From positions 1 to 33,481 of the forward strand of contig CALZGT010000001.1 in the NCBI GenBank assembly GCA_945787235.1: a DNA stretch of 33,481 nucleotides. Direction: 5' to 3'. This document shows, piece after piece, positions 8,013 to 15,907 of this stretch; within the stretch, counting starts at the first letter, position 1, and each line of letters starts with the position of its first letter. The DNA comes from an uncultured Prevotellaceae bacterium (GTDB lineage Bacteria > Bacteroidota > Bacteroidia > Bacteroidales > Bacteroidaceae). Position numbers and translations under genes: made by a program. The notes beneath the pieces are model-generated. The model did not search any database, was not told the DNA's origin, and saw only the letters and a list, made by a program, of their open reading frames with translations.

Positions 8013-10142
8013 TTACCAGATGTCCTCGGGGGTCATGGGGTTGTCATAAACCTCCTTGGCGCAGTACTCGATGTAGTCCATGTAGAACTGCTTGTTCTTG
8101 TCAGAGAGCACGGTCTTGAACTTCAGGTAATAGGTCTCGTCGGGATTCATCTCCTGACGTACGATGATACGACGGGTGGTGGTCTTCTCGGCACGAGCCG
8201 TCACCGTACCGCTGCCGATGCAGTAGTTCTCTGCACCCTTCATGAACCCGTTGTTACGCATCTTCTTGTCGTTCTCAGCGTTGAGGTCATCATCCGTGGG
8301 ACTGTCGGCCGTCCAGCCAAGAAGTTCGTGGGTACCACCGATGCGGAGATCAAGAGGAATACCTACGGCAGGCATCCTGTTCTTGTCAGAGCCGAAATAA
8401 ACTTGGCACATACCGCGCTGACCTGAGTTGTTCTGTACGGCATAACGGATTTCATAGATACCCTTCATGGGTACGGGAGGCAGACGGAAAATCATCTCGT
8501 AACTGCCTACGATGTTCAATTCGTCACCCTGCCAGTTGTTCCAATAGCGGTTGTAACCACCCAGATAGTAAAAGAGGGTGCCATCCATGATATCTACATC
8601 CTCCAGATAGCGGTACTTGCTGGTCTCGGGTATTCCGACTACGACTGCCTTGACGCGGTTGTCACGGATGTCGTTGTTCATGAACTCGGGGAAGAAGCTG
8701 GACACGTCAAAGCGGAGACGCTGCTTCTGGAAGTTCTCACGGGTAGCCTCATCGTAGGCCAGCACCTCGTTGATGGGGTAGATGTAGGCATTGACGGGGT
8801 TCTCGTACTCCGTGGTGTTCACCTGGATTCCTTCCTTGTCGGCATCGCATGACAGCTCGTGGTAGGTACCGCGGCGCCCGTTGTCCAGTACGGGGAAACG
8901 GTTGATGTAGATACCTGCAGGGGCTCCCTTGCCTCCTTCGTAGAGTTTCATCAGACGGCGCTTGCCCATCGTGGTGTGGAGCTCCCAGGTAGGAATGGTA
9001 TAGGGGTTGGAAGAGGGGTTGTAGCGATAGCCCTTCTCGTTGTAGTGGATGACGAGCTTGTTGGTAGGCAACTTCACGGGCAGGATGTGATAGGTCACAA
9101 ACTGGTTGAGCACGTTCTCGGGGTCGTTGTACTTGCCGTTGTCCTTGGCATTGGGGTACAGGTTCTGGTTCACTACCCAGTCCTTGATGTCCTCTACGGT
9201 GATTTCCGTGGCAGGCTTGCCGATCTTCTTCTCCCATACGTCATTGGTCTCGGCGAAGATGGTGTAACCGTAGTAGCGGTGTTCGGGCAGGAAGTTGTCG
9301 TTGGGCTCCGTGGGATGCTTGGGCAGCTGGGCTACCTCCTCGTTGAGGTACATCTGCTCCCATACCTCATCCTTCACCTTGCTCAGCGTGTCGAAGAGTC
9401 CGCAGGCTTCAATCATCTTGGCTGTAACGAGGAAACGTTCGTCCTTCAGGTCGATGTAGTTCTTCAGGATGTCGGCCACGCTCTCGTTGGAGGGAGCCAC
9501 TACCTGGTGCATCTGATGGATGCAACCATTGATGGCCACGATGTCGCGGTTCTTCAGGTCGATGAGGCTTCCATCCGTAATCTCACCCGTCTTCTTGTCC
9601 TTCTTTCCGTTGACATAGAGGGAGTCGGGGTCTTTGCCGAAGACCACCGTCAGCTTGCGGTCGTAGAGGTTGCTGATGAGCAACTCCTCGCCGTCCTTGA
9701 ACGAACTGGTCTGGTAGGCCTCGTTGTTGTCCTTGCTGTCAATGATACTGTTGAAGACGATGACCTTGCGGATGGAGTCCAGCGTTTCCTGGCTCTGGAA
9801 ACCTTCCCAGGTAGGCTCTGTGATGAGACCCTTGCTGCAAAGGCTGTCCAGGTAGGTCTGGATGGCCTTGTTGGTGGGGGCGAATACGGTGAAGTTACCG
9901 CGGGCACCCATCAACTGCAGTACCGTGGACTGCGAACGTGAACTGATCTTTACCTCACCCAACAGTCTGTAGTATTCGCTGTAGGTCGTGTCGTGTGATG
10001 ACAGGTAACTGCTGACCGTATATTGGGTAAAGGTATAGCGGTCGGACATGTCGATGTCCTCCTTGCAACTCTGGGTCATAGCAAGTCCCAGGACTCCCAT
10101 GAACAGCAGTGCGTATTTTTTCATTTTACTGATTTTTCTCAT
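8013..10142 (-). CDS. Surface lipoprotein with two FAS1 (fasciclin) domains and a C-terminal beta-sandwich-like region
   Basis: Signal ...GLAMTQSC followed by KEDIDMSD. FAS1 motifs FTVFAPTNKAIQTYL with INGCIHQMHQVVAPS, and YTIFAETNDVWEKK with AYIYPINEVLAYD. The true start could be the internal MKKYALLF at 10124. Confidence 0.75.
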   Translation of the reverse strand: MRKISKMKKYALLFMGVLGLAMTQSCKEDIDMSDRYTFTQYTVSSYLSSHDTTYSEYYRLLGEVKISSRSQSTVLQLMGARGNFTVFAPTNKAIQTYLDSLCSKGLITEPTWEGFQSQETLDSIRKVIVFNSIIDSKDNNEAYQTSSFKDGEELLISNLYDRKLTVVFGKDPDSLYVNGKKDKKTGEITDGSLIDLKNRDIVAINGCIHQMHQVVAPSNESVADILKNYIDLKDERFLVTAKMIEACGLFDTLSKVKDEVWEQMYLNEEVAQLPKHPTEPNDNFLPEHRYYGYTIFAETNDVWEKKIGKPATEITVEDIKDWVVNQNLYPNAKDNGKYNDPENVLNQFVTYHILPVKLPTNKLVIHYNEKGYRYNPSSNPYTIPTWELHTTMGKRRLMKLYEGGKGAPAGIYINRFPVLDNGRRGTYHELSCDADKEGIQVNTTEYENPVNAYIYPINEVLAYDEATRENFQKQRLRFDVSSFFPEFMNNDIRDNRVKAVVVGIPETSKYRYLEDVDIMDGTLFYYLGGYNRYWNNWQGDELNIVGSYEMIFRLPPVPMKGIYEIRYAVQNNSGQRGMCQVYFGSDKNRMPAVGIPLDLRIGGTHELLGWTADSPTDDDLNAENDKKMRNNGFMKGAENYCIGSGTVTARAEKTTTRRIIVRQEMNPDETYYLKFKTVLSDKNKQFYMDYIEYCAKEVYDNPMTPEDIW

Positions 10143-10161
10143 GATGTATTCCTCCTAACGA

Positions 10162-12225
10162 TTAGTCATACTGAGACTTGTTCCATACAGGGTTCTGCTC
10201 CAGGTGCTGCACACCATTGGCATCCTTGCTGGCCTGAATCTCCTTATAATAAATAAGGTTGTACAATCCGTAGCGGTTCTTCATGTGGTTGCGCAGCGAA
10301 GCTACCTGTCCACTCTGCAGGGTATTTGACATGAAGGTTTCGAGCATCAGCTTTACACCTGCGGCACCGTTGCCGATAGGACGTGCCTCGGTGTATTCGC
10401 GTACATCCTTCGTGCCATCCATGCCACCGGCGTGACGTTCTGCAAAGCGTACGAGGTCGAACCAACGCTTGCCTTCTGCCAGCAGTTCTATCTGTCGCTC
10501 GTTCAGTACGGCTACCTCCACGGGCTGAATGCTCTTGTCTGGCGTCTTGGGGGCGCAGATGTTACCAGCGGTCTTGGCTATCGTGGCACTGGTGAAGTAG
10601 GCATAGCCATCGTTGTTCATCACATCGGTGGCAGGTACCTCGGGATGGGTGGCATCGGGGCAGTACCAGCGGCGGTGGATGGCATTGACGATGCGGAGGG
10701 CATCCTTGGCGTAGTCATCAGTTGCCTTATTACTCAGGCAAGCCAATGCCTCGGCCTTCTGCAGCATGACATCGCTCATGCGGTAGATGATCCAGTTGCG
10801 GTATGCCTGTTCGTCTGTACTGGTGCTTATCTTCAGACCATTGTCCTCGACCTTGCCGTTCTCGGGGGTGCTTACGCTCGCATCTCTCCACTTGAAGCAG
10901 TAGGCTCCAGGGAGGCTCGTGGTGTAGCTCGTGCTACCCAGTCTGGAAACGTTGCCCATGCAGCTGAACCAGGCACGGGAGTCGTACAGACGGGAACTTC
11001 CGCTGTAGATAGCATCAATGGCAGACTCGCTGATGGCCAGATGTACTTTGTCACCATATCCCCACTGCGCTGTAGCCACTTCATTCTTACGGCTGTCGCT
11101 GCTGTTGAACTGGAGTTCGAAGATGCTCTCGTCACTGTTGCCATTGGTGAAAATCTCATTGTAGGCCGTGAGACTCACGCCACCGCCGTCCTTGAAGTAC
11201 TCATAACGGTTCTTGTACATATCGCAATACTGAAGGCCGTAGTTTTCAGTCTCACTTCGGCTCGAACCATAGTTGCTGTTGTTCAGGATGGTCTGCTCGT
11301 TGAGCTTCTGGAGGGAGAGGTCGGCGTAGTGGATACACATATTGTAGTCACCCTCTACGCTGTGAGGTACGAACATGCTGTCGTTGCGCTCCACAAGGTT
11401 GGCAATGTTACCCTTGTTGATACCGCTTTTCACCCAGACGGTATCCATCTCGATACCACGTCCCTGGTGCAGGGAGGCACGCCACAGGTACATGTCGCTC
11501 AGTAGGGCATAGATGGCCGTGTTGGTCATAAGTCCCTTCGTGTCCTTGAGGGAGGTGTAGCGGTTGGCCGCCTGTCCCTTCACACGCTCCACGTCGATGA
11601 TAAGGGAGTCGAGGACCACGAGCTGGTTCGTAGCATTGAAGTATTCCACTTCCGTATCCTTGTTGATGACCTTCGTGGTGTAGGGAATGTCCTTGAAGGA
11701 ACGGAGCAGGTAGAAATAGTTCAGGGCGCGCAGGGCGGTAATCTCTGCCCTCATCTGGCTCCACTCACTGGAAGTGAACTGCTTGTCGTTGGCAAGTACG
11801 TCAGCTCCATGGTAGAGAATCTTGTTGCAGTAGTTGATGGTTGTGTAGAAACCGCTCCAGTCGAAATACGTATTGGCAGAGTCGCGTTCCAGACGGCCCT
11901 CACGCAGTTCGTTGTAGAAATTCTTGGTACTGGTGCTTTGGTCGGCGGTGGAGAGGACGTAGGTGTCAGAGCGAAGGTCGCCCCAGAGCACCATCTTCTC
12001 CAGCGTGCCGCACATGCTGGTATAGGCAGCATAGCGTACACCCTCAAGGTCATTCTTGTCTTCCCAGAAATTCTCTTCCACAATCTGAGTCTGGGGGTAG
12101 ATGGTCAACCAATCCTGGCAGGAGGTCAGGGCTGCCAAAGCTACAGCCCCCATTCCAACCTTCCCGAGGGAGAAGCCGTGGAATGTCTTGCTGACCATTC
12201 TTGAGATTATGTTGTGTATTCTCAT
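10162..12225 (-). CDS. SusD/RagB-family outer-membrane nutrient-binding lipoprotein (687 aa)
   Basis: ATG at 12223-12225. Lipobox ALAALTSC followed by QD. SusD-type motifs ENFWEDKNDLEGVRYAAY and ELLAEGKRWFDLVRF. Lies downstream of a SusC-like gene. An alternative start at 12198 is possible. Confidence 0.9.
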   Translation of the reverse strand: MRIHNIISRMVSKTFHGFSLGKVGMGAVALAALTSCQDWLTIYPQTQIVEENFWEDKNDLEGVRYAAYTSMCGTLEKMVLWGDLRSDTYVLSTADQSTSTKNFYNELREGRLERDSANTYFDWSGFYTTINYCNKILYHGADVLANDKQFTSSEWSQMRAEITALRALNYFYLLRSFKDIPYTTKVINKDTEVEYFNATNQLVVLDSLIIDVERVKGQAANRYTSLKDTKGLMTNTAIYALLSDMYLWRASLHQGRGIEMDTVWVKSGINKGNIANLVERNDSMFVPHSVEGDYNMCIHYADLSLQKLNEQTILNNSNYGSSRSETENYGLQYCDMYKNRYEYFKDGGGVSLTAYNEIFTNGNSDESIFELQFNSSDSRKNEVATAQWGYGDKVHLAISESAIDAIYSGSSRLYDSRAWFSCMGNVSRLGSTSYTTSLPGAYCFKWRDASVSTPENGKVEDNGLKISTSTDEQAYRNWIIYRMSDVMLQKAEALACLSNKATDDYAKDALRIVNAIHRRWYCPDATHPEVPATDVMNNDGYAYFTSATIAKTAGNICAPKTPDKSIQPVEVAVLNERQIELLAEGKRWFDLVRFAERHAGGMDGTKDVREYTEARPIGNGAAGVKLMLETFMSNTLQSGQVASLRNHMKNRYGLYNLIYYKEIQASKDANGVQHLEQNPVWNKSQYD

Positions 12226-12249
12226 ATTTGTTGTTTTTATGGTTTTGTT

Positions 12250-12351
12250 CTAGTGGGGCTAGGGTAACTCGTGAATGACGTTAGTTACGTTACTATCGTT
12301 AATGATGTCCTAACGTTCTTAGCGTTCTTATCGTTAATCTAGCCGATCTAG
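12250..12351. repeat. 9-bp-periodic array with CGTT/ACGT-core units flanked by CTAG units, in the second susC-susD spacer
   Basis: CTAG at 12250 and 12259. CGTT at 12279, 12288, 12297, 12314, 12323 and 12332. CTAG at 12339 and 12348. Spacing is 9 bp with one 1-nt phase slip. A weak flanking inverted repeat pairs ggctag (12257-12262) with ctagcc (12339-12344). Confidence 0.8.
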
Positions 12352-12362
12352 TTCTCTTTGTC

Positions 12363-15300
12363 TTAGAAGCCGATGTTCACGCTGCAGGTGAAAGACTTGG
12401 CACGAGGTGTCTTGCTGTAGTCCGTGGCCACGGCAAAACCTCCGATACCTACTTCAGGATCCACACCCGTGTACTTGGTCCAGCAGAACACGTTGTTGAG
12501 GGTGGCAGAGAGGTAGAGGGTCTTGATGCCGGCCTTCTTCATCCACTGCTTCTTGTTGTCGAACGTGTACTTCATCTGGATGTACTGCAGACGGAGGTAG
12601 TCACCATTCTCTACGTAGCGGTCGCTGGGCAGTGAGTTGTAGCTCTTGTAACCGTTCTGTGTCGTGAGGGCGCGGGGAATCTCCGTGATGTCACCGTTCT
12701 TGCGCCAGCGCCATGTGGTGGCATAGCTCTGGTTGGTGTTGTCCAGCATGCTCTCGTAGTTGGCACGTGCCATGTTGACAATCTGGTTGCCGATGCGGAA
12801 GTTGAATGAAGCGTTCAGCTCGAACTTGCCGTAGTAGAGGTTTACACCGAAACCACCATAGCACTTGGGGTTGGAGTTGCCCAGATATACCATATCGTAG
12901 CGGTCAATGTTACCATCGTGGTTGATGTCCTCATAGATGGCATCACCACCCTGGAACTGGTAGCGGCTACCCTCGGTGTAGCAGTAGTACATGGGCAGGG
13001 GGTTACCTTTCTGGTCTGTCAGCATGTTGCCCTGGGCATCGAAGGCGATGGGGCAGGTGCTGTTTTCACCACGACGGGCTGCAGCAGCTGCCGTGTTGAT
13101 GGGGTTGCCCTTCTTGTCGTAACCCGTACCCAGGCGGGCTGCCTCATCCGCACTGGAGAAGGTGTTGCCGTTGGCATCCACCTCGGCATATCCGTAGGCA
13201 TTCCATGAGGTGTTGGTATAACCGTTGTGGTCGTAGTCGTAGCGATATACACCCTTTGACCTCAGACCGTAGATGGAACCGAGGGCGTTGTTGATCTGCA
13301 CGCGCTGGTTGAAGGAGAGGTTGGTGGGCTCCCAGGTCTCAGAACCGTTCAGGTTCTCCAGGATGAGCTCGTTCATCTCCTCCACGGTGTTGAAGTTCTG
13401 AGATACGTTACCACGCAGCTTCATTGAGAACTTGCCTGCCTTGGCAAACTTGCCCGTGTTGAAGTTGAGCTCCCATCCCTTGTTGCGCATCCTACCAGCG
13501 TTGATCCAGTTCAGGTTGTTGAAACCGTTGGCAGAGGGGATTCGGAGACCCGTCATGAGCAGGTCGGTGGTCTTCTTGTCATACACCTCGAACTCGAAGT
13601 TCAGCAGGTCATCGAGCAGGCCCAGGTTGGCACCGATGTTCCATTGTGCCGTCTTCTCCCACTTCAGGTTGGTCAGGGAGAGGTTATCGGGACGAACTAC
13701 GGTGTGACCGTTGTAGTAACCGGCAGAGCTGTACTTGTTGTACTGGTTGCCGCCGGCACCGCCCGTGTTACCTGTGATACCCCATGAACCACGTACACCG
13801 AGCATGCTGATGTACTTGCGGGTCTTCTCCATGAATTTCTCATCGATGACGTTCCAGCGTCCACCGAAGCTGGGGAAGGTACCATACTTGTGGCCGCGAC
13901 CGAAGGCTGTACGGCCATCGGTACGAACGGTGACATCCACAGAGTACTTGCTCTTATAAGAATAATGCAGCTGCTCCATGAAAGAATGGCTGCGCCACTC
14001 GCTGTTGCTGGCACCGGCTCCCTTCATCAGGGCCACCACGGTCGGATCGGTGATACCGTTGGGTACGTTCCAGAGTTCCAGGTTCTGGTTGGAAGAAGCA
14101 CCTGTTTCCATCTCGAAGCGGAACATACCGGAGAGGCTGTGGTCAGAATTCTTGAAATGAGAATAGTAGCGAAGGTCATGACGCGTGGTGAATCCCAGTG
14201 ACTTGTATTCGCTGTTGGACACCAGGTTGCGCTCGTTGTTGGCCAGGTTGGCACTGTTGTCACCACCCCATACCCATGACATGGGCTTCAGGTCGGCGGG
14301 ACAGAACTTGTCATCACTGGTGTTGTAGATGTTCAGCTGCACGTCACCCACGTAGTCCAGACGATGGGAGTCGTTGTCCTTGCCCCAGAGCTTGTAGGTC
14401 ACGTCGAACTGGGGAGTCAGGTTGTACTGCTTCATCAGCCACCAGGCACCATAGGCACGTGCTACGGGGTTACCATTCTTGAAGCGGTCACGCAACTCGT
14501 AGCTGGTGTAGTGTCCGTCGTTGGTGAAGCCCGTCGTGTTGCTGCTGCTGAGGGTAGCGGCGATGGGCAGCATGTTGAAGTAGTTACCCGTCAGGCGACC
14601 CGTCTCGTCGTATTCATAGATGCTCATGTTGGGCATGGCACCATAGGCGCGGGCCATGATGTCGTTGCCGTAGTTCTTGTGGTTGTTGGTGAAGGTCATG
14701 TTCACCGTGGCACGGAACTGGATGCGGTCACTCACGTTGTAGTCGATGACGGTAGATTCCGTGAACTGGTCCATCTTCTGGCCAATGACAGAACCCATAC
14801 TCTTGTTGTAACCGGCGCCGATGCGGAAGGTTGCCTTGTCACCACCACCCGTCAGGTTGATATAGTAGCGGTGCTCCTTACCAAACTGAGTCACGGCATC
14901 AATCCAGTCGGTATTGTGCGTGTAGTGGTTGTAGATGTAGGGCATTTCCGTGTTGTAGTCCAACTCAGGAATGGAGGTTGCCGTCTGGTTGGGGTTGAAG
15001 TAAGCCTCCTTGAGCATCATGGTGTAACCGTCACCATTCAGCATTTTGTATCCTTCGGGCTGCCAGGTACCGTTGAACTTGTAGGAGAAGTTCACCTGGG
15101 TAGGACCACGGCGACCACGGCGCAACTTGATTTCGATGACACCGTTGGAACCCTTTACACCCCACTTGGCTGCTGAGGCGGCATCCTTCAGTACCGTGAT
15201 GCTCTCGATGTCCTCCGTGTTCACGTTCAGCAGGGTAGAGAACTGCTCCTCGTTGTCCATGTCCTCGAAGTTGATGGTCTGTGCATCGTCGGGAAGTTCG

Positions 15301-15896
15301 AAGATGTGGTCATTTACAACGATAAGCGGCTGGGCATTACCGTTGATGGTCGTGGTACCGCGCAGACGCATCGTAGTACCTGAACCCAGGTTACCGGAGT
15401 TGGCCACGATGTCCAGACCGGCAATCTGACCCTGCAGTGCCTGATCTACAGACTCGAAGGCCAGACCCTCCATGTCATCCATGCTGAAGTTGGAGACAGC
15501 TCCGGCAAACTCACGTGCAGGAATGTCCAGACCCGTGGTGGGAGCCTTCTTCTTGGCGGTGACGTTCACCACCTTCATCTCCTTCGTGTTGTCCTGCAGA
15601 CGGATCTTGAACACCGTCTTGTTTCCGATGACCTGTACCCACTTGCGGTATCCGATATAAGATACCTCCAGGTTGTTCTTGGGGTCTTTGATGTTCATCG
15701 TAAAGTTACCGTTGAAGTCAGTGACCTGGCTGTTCACGATACGGTTGTTCTTATCGACCTCTTTTACGTTGGCGCCTACTACCACGTCGATATCATCGCT
15801 AACGGTACCAGAGATACGTCTTGTCTGTGCGCTGGTCGTCAGGGTCACCATGAGGCTGACGATTCCGACCCATAATAATTTCATATATCTATTCAT
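12363..15896 (-). CDS. SusC/RagA-family TonB-dependent outer-membrane transporter (1177 aa)
   Basis: ATG at 15894-15896. Signal peptide ends in TLTTSAQ. Carboxypeptidase-regulatory-like domain (ISGTVSDD...NGNFTMNI). Plug motifs RLRGTTTINGNAQPLIVVND and GVKGSNGVIEIKLRRGR. Motif GGDAIYEDINHDGNIDRYD. C-terminal aromatic residue (...SVNIGF). No STN domain. Confidence 0.93.
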   Translation of the reverse strand: MNRYMKLLWVGIVSLMVTLTTSAQTRRISGTVSDDIDVVVGANVKEVDKNNRIVNSQVTDFNGNFTMNIKDPKNNLEVSYIGYRKWVQVIGNKTVFKIRLQDNTKEMKVVNVTAKKKAPTTGLDIPAREFAGAVSNFSMDDMEGLAFESVDQALQGQIAGLDIVANSGNLGSGTTMRLRGTTTINGNAQPLIVVNDHIFELPDDAQTINFEDMDNEEQFSTLLNVNTEDIESITVLKDAASAAKWGVKGSNGVIEIKLRRGRRGPTQVNFSYKFNGTWQPEGYKMLNGDGYTMMLKEAYFNPNQTATSIPELDYNTEMPYIYNHYTHNTDWIDAVTQFGKEHRYYINLTGGGDKATFRIGAGYNKSMGSVIGQKMDQFTESTVIDYNVSDRIQFRATVNMTFTNNHKNYGNDIMARAYGAMPNMSIYEYDETGRLTGNYFNMLPIAATLSSSNTTGFTNDGHYTSYELRDRFKNGNPVARAYGAWWLMKQYNLTPQFDVTYKLWGKDNDSHRLDYVGDVQLNIYNTSDDKFCPADLKPMSWVWGGDNSANLANNERNLVSNSEYKSLGFTTRHDLRYYSHFKNSDHSLSGMFRFEMETGASSNQNLELWNVPNGITDPTVVALMKGAGASNSEWRSHSFMEQLHYSYKSKYSVDVTVRTDGRTAFGRGHKYGTFPSFGGRWNVIDEKFMEKTRKYISMLGVRGSWGITGNTGGAGGNQYNKYSSAGYYNGHTVVRPDNLSLTNLKWEKTAQWNIGANLGLLDDLLNFEFEVYDKKTTDLLMTGLRIPSANGFNNLNWINAGRMRNKGWELNFNTGKFAKAGKFSMKLRGNVSQNFNTVEEMNELILENLNGSETWEPTNLSFNQRVQINNALGSIYGLRSKGVYRYDYDHNGYTNTSWNAYGYAEVDANGNTFSSADEAARLGTGYDKKGNPINTAAAAARRGENSTCPIAFDAQGNMLTDQKGNPLPMYYCYTEGSRYQFQGGDAIYEDINHDGNIDRYDMVYLGNSNPKCYGGFGVNLYYGKFELNASFNFRIGNQIVNMARANYESMLDNTNQSYATTWRWRKNGDITEIPRALTTQNGYKSYNSLPSDRYVENGDYLRLQYIQMKYTFDNKKQWMKKAGIKTLYLSATLNNVFCWTKYTGVDPEVGIGGFAVATDYSKTPRAKSFTCSVNIGF

Positions 15897-15907
15897 GGTA
15901 GTGCGTA

